Assembly (NCBI GenBank): GCA_963712745.1
Contig: CAVQJC010000004.1
Coordinates: forward strand, 192,001-256,000
DNA length: 64,000 nucleotides
From: an uncultured Chloroflexia bacterium
GTDB lineage: Bacteria > Chloroflexota > Limnocylindria > Limnocylindrales > CSP1-4
Direction: 5' to 3'
Shown: positions 19,827 through 29,156 of the stretch, in pieces
Layout of the letters: the number at the start of each line of letters is the position of its first letter
Position numbering within the stretch: the first letter of the stretch is position 1
Program-made: the position numbers and the translations under genes
Notes under the pieces: generated by a model
Databases searched by the model: none
What the model saw: only the letters and a program-made list of their open reading frames with translations
Told to the model about the DNA's origin: nothing

Positions 19827-20234
19827 ATGATCCGGAACGTCATCTTGCACCTCCATGGCGAACAGCCCATGAAGGCGGACATCGAGTCCCTGCCCACCGC
19901 TGCCGACGCGGGCCTGCTGTGCACGAACCTGCGCACGCTCGAGGGCCGCAAGCCCCTCTCGACCGAGTTCCTGGACTCGGTATTCCTGCTGCCCTACAAC
20001 ATCATCCGCTTCATCGAGATCCCCCGCGCGGCCATCCACGCGGCCGGCCTGGACGAGGATCTGCCCAGCGGACCGGTGGCATTGCCGGCAGAGGCAGAGG
20101 CGGTGCCGGAGGGAGCACACGTCATCGTGACCCCGGCCCCCGCCGCCCACGCTGGGACTCCGGCCGCCGCCGAGGACGCGCCGGAACGGCTCGAACCCGA
20201 CGCGGAATTGCTCCGCCGCATCCGCGAGGCATGA
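19827..20234 (+). CDS. hypothetical protein
   Basis: Good codon usage; globular N-terminal ~70 aa, then Ala/Pro linker and C-terminal helix (DAELLRRIREA). Confidence 0.75.
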   Translation: MIRNVILHLHGEQPMKADIESLPTAADAGLLCTNLRTLEGRKPLSTEFLDSVFLLPYNIIRFIEIPRAAIHAAGLDEDLPSGPVALPAEAEAVPEGAHVIVTPAPAAHAGTPAAAEDAPERLEPDAELLRRIREA

Positions 20235-20292
20235 GCTCCAGCCTCGTGGGGGCGGGTGGTGCGTCGACGCACCGCTGCTACACTTCCCCGCC

Positions 20293-22755
20293 GTGACCAA
20301 GAACCTGGTGATCGTCGAGTCGCCCGCCAAGGCCAGGACGATCGAACGCTACCTCGGAGACGGCTTCAAGGTGCTGGCCTCGTACGGCCATGTCCGAGAT
20401 CTGCCGGAGAACCCCGGCAAGGGCAAGTTCGGCGTGGACGTCGAGCACGATTTCGCGCCCGAGTACGTCGTCAACGAGGACCGGCGCAAACAGCTCAACG
20501 CCATCACCCGTGAAGCCGCGCGGTCCGACCTGGTCTATCTCGCCACCGACCTCGACCGCGAGGGTGAGGCCATCGCCTGGCACGTCGTCGAGGCTGTCGA
20601 GATCCCCGAGGACAAGACACGGCGCGTGACCTTCAGCGAGATCACCAAGTCGGCCATCACCGAAGCCTTCGCGGCGCCGCGCGACATCGACATGGGCCTC
20701 GTCGATGCGCAGCAGACTCGTCGCATCATGGACCGCCTCGTGGGCTACACGTTGAGCCCGCTCATCAGCCGCAAGGTTCGCAGCGGTCTATCGGCCGGGC
20801 GCGTGCAGTCGGTGGCGGTACGCCTGGTGGTCGAGCGCGAGCGCCAGATCGAAGCCTTCAGCGCACGCGAGTACTGGACCCTCGAAGCTCTCCTCGAGAC
20901 TCCGTCCGGCGAGCGCTACAAGGCCGCACTGGTCAGGGTCGACGGCACACGCATCGCCCAGGGCGGCGAGGTCAAGAAGAACGAGATCCCCATCCCCGAC
21001 GAAGCCACGGCGAAGGCCTATGTCGAGGCGCTCAAGGGCGACACCGCCACCATCATCTCGGTCAAGGTCCGTTCGAGCAAGCGCAACCCGGCTCCACCCT
21101 TCACCACCAGCACCATGCAGCAGGAGGCCAGCCGCAAGCTGGGCTACGGCCCCAAGCGCACGATGTCGGTGGCCCAGCGCCTGTACGAAGGCATCGAGAT
21201 CGACGGCGAGCCAACCGGACTCATCACCTACATGCGAACCGATTCGGTCAATCTGGCCAAATCCGCCCAGCTCGAGGCCTACGAGGTCGTCACCGGTCGC
21301 TATGGCCCCGAGTACGCCGTGGAGGGCGGGCGCGGCTACAAGACCAGGGCCAAGGGTGCCCAGGAGGCACACGAGGCCATCCGGCCGACCTCCTTCACAC
21401 GCGACCCGGAATCGCTGCGCGGGAGCATCAAGGACGACGAACTGCGGCTGTACCGCCTCATCTGGCAGCGAGCGCTGGCCTCGCAGATGGCACCCAAGCA
21501 GATGGAGACCACGGCCGCCGAGCTCGAGGCCGGTCGTTTCGGCCTGCGCGCCAGCGCCACCCGCACCACCTTCGACGGCTTCACCAAGGTCTATACCGAA
21601 GGCCGCGACGACGGCGAGGAGGAGGAGCAGGAGGCACGCCTGCCAGCCCTGGCCGAGGGCGACCGCTCCACGGTCCACGACGTCGAGGGCGAGCAGCACT
21701 TCACCGAGCCGCCGCCGCGCTACACGGAGGCCACGCTCATCAAGGCGCTCGAGGAGAACGGCATCGGCCGCCCCTCAACGTACGCCGCCACCATCAGCAC
21801 GATCCAGGACCGCGGCTATGTGAGGGTCGTGGACAAGCGCCTGCGGCCGGAGGTCGTGGCCAACATCGTGACCGACGTGCTGGTCGAGCATTTCGGCGAC
21901 TACGTCGACTATGACTTCACCGCGCGCATGGAATCGGAGCTCGACGAGGTCGCGGCCGGTAAGCGTGCATGGGTGCCGCTGCTGCACGAGTTCTACGATC
22001 CGCTCCAGAAGCTCGTCGACGAGAAGCGCAAGACGCTCAAGCGCAGCGAGCTGACCACCGAGGAGACAGACGAGGTCTGCTCGGAGGGCCACCCCATGGT
22101 CATCCGGCTCGGCCGCAACGGGCGCTTCCTGGCCTGCTCCATGTACCCCGACCACAAGGAGACGCGCGACATCCCCGGCGAAGAGCCGGACATGCCCCCG
22201 GTCGAAGGGGCCGGCGAGCCCTGCCCCAAGTGTGGCCAAGGAACGCTGGTGGCACGCCGTGGACGCTACGGTGCCTTCGCCGGCTGCTCCCGCTACCCCG
22301 ATTGCGACTACATCCATCGCACGGGGCCGCCCCCGCCTCCGCCGCTGCCGTTCGAGGTGGAATGCCCCAAGTGCGGCGAGGGCAGACTGACGGCCCGCCG
22401 GGCCCGCCGGACGGGCAACGTCTTCTACGGTTGCGGCCGTTATCCCAAGTGCGACTTCACCACCAATCTCGAGCCGCTCGGCGCGGTGCACGATACCGAC
22501 GCGGGAGCCGTGGCCCTGAAGGACGACAGCGGTATCTGCCTGCGCTGCGGCGCTGCGGTGGACTTGCCCGCTGAGCGCGCCGCACTGCCTGGCCAGAAGC
22601 TGGCGGGTGGTGAGCCCAACCCGGCTGCTCTGACACCGTCGCGCAAACGGCGTGCCACCCAGGGTCGCACCTCCGCAGCCAAACCGGGGTCGCGCAAGCG
22701 CAAGACGACGAAGAGCGCCGCCACGGCCGACGCGGACGACGACGACGGCAGCTGA
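20293..22755 (+). CDS. topA: DNA topoisomerase I with C-terminal zinc ribbons
   Basis: LVIVESPAK, GHVRDL, ATDLDREGEAI, SAGRVQS, ITYMRTDS, GIGRPSTY, CPKC repeats. Confidence 0.98.
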   Translation: MTKNLVIVESPAKARTIERYLGDGFKVLASYGHVRDLPENPGKGKFGVDVEHDFAPEYVVNEDRRKQLNAITREAARSDLVYLATDLDREGEAIAWHVVEAVEIPEDKTRRVTFSEITKSAITEAFAAPRDIDMGLVDAQQTRRIMDRLVGYTLSPLISRKVRSGLSAGRVQSVAVRLVVERERQIEAFSAREYWTLEALLETPSGERYKAALVRVDGTRIAQGGEVKKNEIPIPDEATAKAYVEALKGDTATIISVKVRSSKRNPAPPFTTSTMQQEASRKLGYGPKRTMSVAQRLYEGIEIDGEPTGLITYMRTDSVNLAKSAQLEAYEVVTGRYGPEYAVEGGRGYKTRAKGAQEAHEAIRPTSFTRDPESLRGSIKDDELRLYRLIWQRALASQMAPKQMETTAAELEAGRFGLRASATRTTFDGFTKVYTEGRDDGEEEEQEARLPALAEGDRSTVHDVEGEQHFTEPPPRYTEATLIKALEENGIGRPSTYAATISTIQDRGYVRVVDKRLRPEVVANIVTDVLVEHFGDYVDYDFTARMESELDEVAAGKRAWVPLLHEFYDPLQKLVDEKRKTLKRSELTTEETDEVCSEGHPMVIRLGRNGRFLACSMYPDHKETRDIPGEEPDMPPVEGAGEPCPKCGQGTLVARRGRYGAFAGCSRYPDCDYIHRTGPPPPPPLPFEVECPKCGEGRLTARRARRTGNVFYGCGRYPKCDFTTNLEPLGAVHDTDAGAVALKDDSGICLRCGAAVDLPAERAALPGQKLAGGEPNPAALTPSRKRRATQGRTSAAKPGSRKRKTTKSAATADADDDDGS

Positions 22756-22780
22756 TGATCGTCGGGCGGGGAGGGGCGCG

Positions 22781-23803
22781 ATGACGAGACGGGGGAACAG
22801 CCGCGACGGGCCTTCCGCAGCGGTCGCCTTCCTGGCCTCGCTCGACGCCAAGGACGCTTCCCCGCACACCAAGCGCGCCTACAGGACGGCCCTCGAACAG
22901 TTCCTCAGCTGGCTCGAAGGCGTGCCCGGCGTGGACTGGGTGCGGCCGCCACGGCGCACCCTGCGGGCGTACCTCGCCGAGCTCGACGGCCGCGGCCTGT
23001 CGCGCGCGACGATCAGCAGCCGTATCGCGGCGCTGCGCTCGTTCTACCGCTTCGCGCGCCGCCAGGGCTGGGTCCAGGGTGACCCCTGGGCAGCCATCGT
23101 CACGCCGCGTCGCTCGTCGCGCCTGCCCCGCGTGCTCGAGGTCGCCGAGGTGGAGCGACTCCTCGACGTCATCCCCGGCTCCGGTGGCCATCCGGTCGGT
23201 GGCGCCTGGGTGCCGGGCATCCCCGAGGCCCTCGAGCTCCGCGACCGCGCCATCGTCGAGTGCGCCTACGCGGCGGGTCTACGCATCAGCGAGATCGCCG
23301 GCGCCGGCGTAGCCGACGTCGACCTCAGCCACGGCGAGATCCGGGTCCTGGGCAAGGGTCGCAAGGAACGCATGGGCATGCTCGGAGCACCTGCCCGGGA
23401 TGCGCTCGAAGCCTATCTGCACCTGGGTCGTCCGACCCTGGCGGCAGCCGGAGATGGCGACGACGGCGCGCTCTTCCTGAGCACCAGGGGCAAGCCGCTG
23501 TCGACGCGCGGCGTTCGCAGCCGCATCGACCAGCTCGTACGCCGGGCCGGGCTGCCCGAGCGGACCACACCCCATACGCTACGGCACTCGTTCGCCTCCC
23601 ACCTGTTGGAAGGTGGTGCCGATCTGCGCGTGGTGCAAGAACTGTTGGGCCACGCCAGCCTCTCGACGACACAGGTCTACACGCACGTGAGTCCGGGCCG
23701 CCTCCAGTCGAGCTACCGGGCCGCGCATCCCCGGGCCGTCTCCGACGGTGGCTCGCCGCCGGCAGCCGACGACCAGGGCGACGAGGGCGACGACCGCTCG
23801 TGA
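22781..23803 (+). CDS. xerC: tyrosine recombinase XerC
   Basis: RDRAI.E..YAAGLRISE, GKGRKER, PHTLRHSFASHLL.GGADLR.VQELLGH...STTQVYTH; follows topA. Confidence 0.9.
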   Translation: MTRRGNSRDGPSAAVAFLASLDAKDASPHTKRAYRTALEQFLSWLEGVPGVDWVRPPRRTLRAYLAELDGRGLSRATISSRIAALRSFYRFARRQGWVQGDPWAAIVTPRRSSRLPRVLEVAEVERLLDVIPGSGGHPVGGAWVPGIPEALELRDRAIVECAYAAGLRISEIAGAGVADVDLSHGEIRVLGKGRKERMGMLGAPARDALEAYLHLGRPTLAAAGDGDDGALFLSTRGKPLSTRGVRSRIDQLVRRAGLPERTTPHTLRHSFASHLLEGGADLRVVQELLGHASLSTTQVYTHVSPGRLQSSYRAAHPRAVSDGGSPPAADDQGDEGDDRS

Positions 23804-25350
23804 GCAGGGGAGCACTCGCTCGCGCCGGGCTCATCATCACCGGCGCCTTCCTCGCCTCGCGCATCCTGGGCTGGCTGCGAGTGGTCGTGCTCAGCAACCT
23901 CTTCGGTGCCGGGGCGGATCTCGACGCCTACTACGCTGCCTTCCGCATCCCGGACCTCATCTTCGAGCTCGTCGCCGCGGGTGCCATCACTTCGGCGATG
24001 ATCCCCGTCCTGGCGGGGCTCATCGAGCACGGGGAGCGGCCCAGGGCGTGGCGGGTGGCCTCGACCGTGCTCAACCTGATGCTGGGCGTGCTCATCGTGC
24101 TGGCCGTCATCCTGGCCGTCTTCGCGCCCAGCATCGTGCCTCTGCTGGTGCCGGGCTTCGACGAGCCCACGACACGACTGACCATCGAGCTCACGAGGCT
24201 GATGCTGATCAGCCCCATCTTCCTCGCCGCGGGCTCCATCGTCACCGCCATCCTCCAGACACAGGACCGCTTCGGCCCGACGGCCATGGCCCCGGTCGTC
24301 TACAACGCCAGCATCATCATCGCGGCCCTCGTCCTGGCGCCGGTGCTCGGGATCCAGGGCGTTGCGGTGGGTGTCGTCATCGGCGCCATCGGCCACCTCG
24401 TCGTACAGCTGCCGGCGCTACGCGGCCACTTCACCTACTCGTTCTCTGCCGACACGGGGGACCGGGCCGCGCGCCAGACGTTCTGGTTGATGCTGCCCCG
24501 GGCCATCGGCATGGGCGCCAACCAGATCACGTTCCTCGTCAACACCGCCCTCGCGAGCACGGTGGCCGTAGGTGCGGTCGTGAGCTACACCGTCGCCTTC
24601 AGCGTGGTGCAGATCCCGCTCGGTGTCATCGGCCTGCCGCTGGGCATCGTGCTGCTGCCGACGATGTCCCGCGCGTTGGCCAACGGCGACGAGGACGAGT
24701 TCGGGACGATGGTGGCACGTGCCCTGCGCCTGCTGCTCTGGGTCATGGCCTTCATCGCCGCGGTCGGCATCGTCGCCCGGGAGCAGATCGTGGACCTGCT
24801 CTTCGGCTGGGGCTTCGACGAGACCGCGCTGGCGGCTACGGCCGCTGCCCTCGGTGTATTCCTCATCGGCCTCCCGGCGCACTCCATGAACGTCATCCTG
24901 GCGCGAGCGTTCTACAGCGGCAAGGACACCATCACACCGGTGTCGGTGGCCATCGTCTCGGTCGGCGTCAACGTGGCCATCTCCGTCCTCGCTGTCGGCA
25001 CGCTGGGGATCCGCGGCCTCGCTCTTGGCATCGCCCTTGGGGCCTGGTTCGAGGCCACCACCCTGACGCTCCTGTTGCGTCGCCGGCACCCCGCCATCGC
25101 GACCCGCAGCGTCGTGCAGGGCGGTGCGCTCTCGGTGGTCGGCGCGGTCATCGCCGCCCTCGTGGCCGCGGGCGTCCTGGCCCTGGACCTGGCCCCTGAG
25201 AGCCTCTCGCGGGTACTCGCCCTCATCGTCGACCTGACGCTGGCATCGGCCGCCGGCCTGGGCGTATACGTCCTGTACAGTCGGCTGGTGCGACTCCCTG
25301 AGCTGCCGCGCTCGGTCGACCTCGCTCGCTCCGCCATCCGCGGCAGGTGA
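23800..25350 (+). CDS. murJ: lipid II flippase MurJ
   Basis: SRILG..R, FGAG..LDAY.AAFRIPD, RAFYS.KDT.TP, ~14 TM helices; GTGA overlap. Confidence 0.95.
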   Translation: MSRGALARAGLIITGAFLASRILGWLRVVVLSNLFGAGADLDAYYAAFRIPDLIFELVAAGAITSAMIPVLAGLIEHGERPRAWRVASTVLNLMLGVLIVLAVILAVFAPSIVPLLVPGFDEPTTRLTIELTRLMLISPIFLAAGSIVTAILQTQDRFGPTAMAPVVYNASIIIAALVLAPVLGIQGVAVGVVIGAIGHLVVQLPALRGHFTYSFSADTGDRAARQTFWLMLPRAIGMGANQITFLVNTALASTVAVGAVVSYTVAFSVVQIPLGVIGLPLGIVLLPTMSRALANGDEDEFGTMVARALRLLLWVMAFIAAVGIVAREQIVDLLFGWGFDETALAATAAALGVFLIGLPAHSMNVILARAFYSGKDTITPVSVAIVSVGVNVAISVLAVGTLGIRGLALGIALGAWFEATTLTLLLRRRHPAIATRSVVQGGALSVVGAVIAALVAAGVLALDLAPESLSRVLALIVDLTLASAAGLGVYVLYSRLVRLPELPRSVDLARSAIRGR

Positions 25351-25367
25351 GTGGACCCTAGCCGGTC

Positions 25368-26417
25368 ATGCGCGTCGTCGCCGATGTCATCGCACCACCG
25401 CCCCACTGGGATGAGAGGGCGGTGGCTGTCCCGGGCGGGCACGCCCTGCAGTCCGCAACGTGGGGCACATACCGCACCAGCCAGGGGTATGAGACGCGCT
25501 ACCTCACGTTCGACGACGACCGCGTGGCGCTGGTGCTGCTGCGGCGCTCAGCCGGCTTGCCCGGCTCGGACGCCGCGGTCCGCCGCGGGCCGGCTCACGC
25601 CGACCAGGGTGGGGCTGTGCTGGCCGCTCGTGCTGCCGCCCTGGCCACGTGGGCGCGCGACTCCGGAGTACGCGAGCTCTATCTCGACCCGGAGCTTCCG
25701 GCCGATCCGGGGTATGCCTCGAGCATGACCGGGAGCGGGTTCGGGATCACCGAGGGACTCGAGCCTTCGATCCACGTCATGCGCCTCGAGTTCGAGCCGG
25801 ACACTGACGCCGAGTCCGTGCACGCGGGGTTCTCCAAGTCCACCCGTCAGCGCATCCGCGCGGCCGAGCAGGCCGGCACGGTCGTGGAGCCCGACCCAGC
25901 CGGTGACCACCTGGACGAGTTCGCCGTGCTCATGCAGGAACGAGCCGAGGTCGTGGGTATGCAACTCCAGCAGGGAACCGACTACCTCCGTGGCTGGCGC
26001 GCGTTGCTGGCGGCGGATCTGGCCAGGCTCTTCACGGCCTATCACGAGGGCGAGCTGGTCGGCGGGTTGTTCCTCTTCCGCCATGGCGGCATCTGGGCCA
26101 CGGCCTACTCGGCAGACAGGGCTTCGCGCCGTCGCGACCTGGCGGGCACCATGCACCTGGTCCGGGCCACGGCCATCAAGGGCGCACTGGCCGATGGCTG
26201 TCGCGCCATCGAGCTCGGCGGCGTGGACCTGCCCGGGCATCGCAGCCCACCACAGCCGGGTGATCCGAACCGGGGCCTGTATGAGCACAAACGGGGCTTC
26301 GGGGCAAGCTGGGTCGAGCGGGAACCGCCGCGTGGCATCGTGCTCCGGCCCGCTGCCGTGCGCCTGGCACGGGTCCGCCGCCGCACCATCGACGTCCTCC
26401 GCGGGATGCGAAGATAG
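25368..26417 (+). CDS. FemAB/FemX-like peptidyl transferase (GNAT)
   Basis: HALQSATWG, RGP, FSKSTRQRIRAAE, GLYEHKRGFG. Confidence 0.85.
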   Translation: MRVVADVIAPPPHWDERAVAVPGGHALQSATWGTYRTSQGYETRYLTFDDDRVALVLLRRSAGLPGSDAAVRRGPAHADQGGAVLAARAAALATWARDSGVRELYLDPELPADPGYASSMTGSGFGITEGLEPSIHVMRLEFEPDTDAESVHAGFSKSTRQRIRAAEQAGTVVEPDPAGDHLDEFAVLMQERAEVVGMQLQQGTDYLRGWRALLAADLARLFTAYHEGELVGGLFLFRHGGIWATAYSADRASRRRDLAGTMHLVRATAIKGALADGCRAIELGGVDLPGHRSPPQPGDPNRGLYEHKRGFGASWVEREPPRGIVLRPAAVRLARVRRRTIDVLRGMRR

Positions 26418-26422
26418 CGGGC

Positions 26423-27472
26423 ATGCCTCCCGAGCTCGATCGACTGCGCACCGACGACGACGCTTGGGACGCGTTCGTCGAGGGCTCGGACACCGCGTTC
26501 CCGCTGCAGATGACGGCGTGGGCGAGGGCCAAGGCACCCTACGGCTGGAGCGCGGCACGGGTCGTGGCCGACGGCGGCTCAGGCCCGATCGGCGGACAGG
26601 TGCTGATGCGCAGCCTGGGTCCGGGACCCTTCTCGATGGGCTATGCGCCGCGCGGCCCGGTGGCCCGGTCCTTCGACGGGGCCAGCCTCGATGCCTGGAC
26701 GACTGCGCTGCGCGCGTTCGCCCGCGAACGGCGCCTCACGCACGTCACGGCTGACCCGGGCCTCGAAGGCAGCGGGCACCATGCCCTGTTCGAGGCCGCC
26801 GGCTGGGAGCCGAGTGACGCCCTGCAGCTGGCCTCGACCCAGATCATCGACCTCTCGAGATCCGAGGAACGACTGTGGCATGACGTCTACAAGTCGAGCC
26901 GCCGTTACGCCAACGGAGCTCGCAAGATGGGCTGCTACGTGCAGGAAGGTGGCGAAGACGAGCTGCCTGCCTTCTACGAGATCCTGGTGGAGACCGCCGA
27001 GCGTTCCGGCTTCATCCCCAGGGCGCTGGAAGCCTACGCCGACGTGTACCGCGCGTTCGCAGCGGGCGGCAGGGCGCGCATCCTCATCGGTTACCTGCCG
27101 GATGGGGCCGCGGTCTCGAGCAAGATGATCCTGACCAGCGGCGGCCGGGCGTCGCAGCTGTACGGCGGCCTGACCGATGAAGGTGGCCGGGCACGCTCGG
27201 GTCACTTCTTCGAATGGGAGGCCATCATCCGCAGCAAGGCCGCCGGCGCCACCATCTTCGACATGTGGGGCCGTTCGACCAAGGGCATCGCACACTTCAA
27301 GCAGGGCTTCGGCGGTCGCGTCGTCGAGTACGGAGGCACGTTCGACCTGGTCGTCAACGCGCCCGTCCGCTCGCTCTACCTGCGGGGCCGGCGGAGCTGG
27401 GTCCGTTTCGCGCGCCGGCGCCGCGGGCTCGACCCCAACACGCCCGTGTCGGCCTCGCCGGCAGGCGACTGA
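26423..27472 (+). CDS. FemAB/FemX-like peptidyl transferase
   Basis: LQMTAWARAK, YAPRGP, ETAERSGF, FDMWG, GIAHFKQGFGG. Confidence 0.88.
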   Translation: MPPELDRLRTDDDAWDAFVEGSDTAFPLQMTAWARAKAPYGWSAARVVADGGSGPIGGQVLMRSLGPGPFSMGYAPRGPVARSFDGASLDAWTTALRAFARERRLTHVTADPGLEGSGHHALFEAAGWEPSDALQLASTQIIDLSRSEERLWHDVYKSSRRYANGARKMGCYVQEGGEDELPAFYEILVETAERSGFIPRALEAYADVYRAFAAGGRARILIGYLPDGAAVSSKMILTSGGRASQLYGGLTDEGGRARSGHFFEWEAIIRSKAAGATIFDMWGRSTKGIAHFKQGFGGRVVEYGGTFDLVVNAPVRSLYLRGRRSWVRFARRRRGLDPNTPVSASPAGD

Positions 27473-27480
27473 GACCAGTC

Positions 27481-29070
27481 GTGACGCCGCACCGGCTCTC
27501 GGAGCTGAGCGCACTGCTCCATCGTCGCGGCCTGCTGGCGTCGGACCCGCTGCCCGCACACGGAGCCGAGCCCGACCCGGCCATCAACGCCGTGCGCTAC
27601 GACTCCCGCCTGGTCGAGCCCGGCGACCTCTTCGTGGCACGGCGCGGCCAGCACGCCGACGGACACGACCACATCGCTGGCGCGGTGCGATCCGGAGCGT
27701 GCGCGGTCGTACTCGAGCGGCCCACGCCCGCGCTGGCCGTGCCGCAGCTGGTCGTGCGTGACGCCAAGGTCGCGCTCGGAGTGGCCGCAGCCTGGCGCGC
27801 CGGCGACCCCTCGCGGTCGCTGGGCACGGTCGGCATCACCGGCACCGACGGCAAGACCACCACGGCCTACCTCGTGCGAGCGGTCCTTGAAGCGGCCGGC
27901 CGCCAGACCGGCTTGCTGGGCACCACCGACGTCATCGTGACCGGCCGCAGCCTGGGCAACGCCGCCCGCACGAGCACACCGGAGGCACCGGAACTGCAGG
28001 CTCACCTGGCTGCCATGCTCCAGGGTGGCGATCGATGGGCCGTGATCGAGTCGACCTCCCACGGTCTGGCCCAGCAGCGCGTGGCCGGCGTGGCCTACGA
28101 CGTGGCCGTGCTCACCAACGTCACCTCCGAGCACCTCGAGTTCCACGGCACGCTCGACGCCTACCGTGCAGCCAAGCGCAGCCTCTTCGCCCGCCTGGCG
28201 TTGAGCGAGGAGAACCCCGAGAAGGGTTGGGGCAAGCACGCCGTCGTCAATGCCGACGACCCGGAGGGCGACTCGTTCGCAGCGGTAGCAGCGGAGTCGG
28301 GCGCGACGGTGCTGCGCTACGGGCTGGTCCGCGAGCTGGTCGCGGAGGGTCCCGGACCGCACGTCCCGACCCGGCTCGACCTGGCCGCGATCTCGCTCGA
28401 GGAGACCCCATCCGGCATGCTCGTCGGCGTGGCGCGGGACGGCTGGCGGGGAAGCATGGCGTTGCGCCTGGCCGGGCGCTTCAACGTCTACAACGCTCTC
28501 GCCGCTCTCGGTGTGGCCGCGGTCCTGGGGCTCGACCTGGACGAGGCCACCGCGGCGCTCTCGGAGGTCGAGGCCGTACCCGGGCGCATGATGCGCATCG
28601 ACGAGGGCCAGCCGTTCAGCGTGGTCATCGACTATGCCCACACGGCCGAGTCGCTGGCCAAGGTGCTCGACGAGCTGTCTCCGGCCGATCCCGGAAGCGG
28701 GCTCATCGCGGTGTTCGGCTCGGCCGGCGACCGGGACCCCAGCAAGCGTGAGCCGATGGGGCGCGTGGCAGGCGAGCGCTGCCGGGTCGTCATCGTCACC
28801 GACGAGGATCCGCGGAGCGAGGACCGCGCCGCCATCCTGGAGGCTATCGCCGCCGGCGCCGAAGCTGCTGGGCGGGTGCGCGGCCGGGACCTGCTGCTCA
28901 TCGCCGACCGCGCGGAGGCCATCGCCGAGGCCATGCGCCGAGCACGACCCGGCGATGTCGTGCTGCTGGCGGGCAAGGGCCACGAGAAGACCATCGAGTC
29001 CGACGGCCGGGAGGTGCCCTGGGACGAGGCCGCCGCAGCTCGAGGTGCGCTCCGGACTGGCCGCCACTAG
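27481..29070 (+). CDS. murE: UDP-MurNAc-tripeptide synthetase MurE
   Basis: DSR, GITGTDGKTTT, STPEA, TNVTSEHLEFHG, VPGRM, DYAHT, EDPRSE, AGKGHE. Confidence 0.95.
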   Translation: MTPHRLSELSALLHRRGLLASDPLPAHGAEPDPAINAVRYDSRLVEPGDLFVARRGQHADGHDHIAGAVRSGACAVVLERPTPALAVPQLVVRDAKVALGVAAAWRAGDPSRSLGTVGITGTDGKTTTAYLVRAVLEAAGRQTGLLGTTDVIVTGRSLGNAARTSTPEAPELQAHLAAMLQGGDRWAVIESTSHGLAQQRVAGVAYDVAVLTNVTSEHLEFHGTLDAYRAAKRSLFARLALSEENPEKGWGKHAVVNADDPEGDSFAAVAAESGATVLRYGLVRELVAEGPGPHVPTRLDLAAISLEETPSGMLVGVARDGWRGSMALRLAGRFNVYNALAALGVAAVLGLDLDEATAALSEVEAVPGRMMRIDEGQPFSVVIDYAHTAESLAKVLDELSPADPGSGLIAVFGSAGDRDPSKREPMGRVAGERCRVVIVTDEDPRSEDRAAILEAIAAGAEAAGRVRGRDLLLIADRAEAIAEAMRRARPGDVVLLAGKGHEKTIESDGREVPWDEAAAARGALRTGRH

Positions 29071-29113
29071 CCAGACCGCCGCCACTGGCCAGACCGTCGC
29101 CACTAGCCAGACC
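29063..29113. repeat. 18-bp tandem repeat (~2.8 copies)
   Basis: GCCACTAGCCAGACCGCC / GCCACTGGCCAGACCGTC / GCCACTAGCCAGACC overlapping the murE stop. Confidence 0.85.
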
Positions 29114-29156
29114 CCGGACATCGCCCAGAGCACGCCCCTGGTTCCCGAGGCCGCCC

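Noticed and set aside
22781-23803. Tyrosine recombinases as prophage integrases
   Set aside because: XerC/XerD signature motifs and housekeeping context (topA; nadK); no att or phage genes
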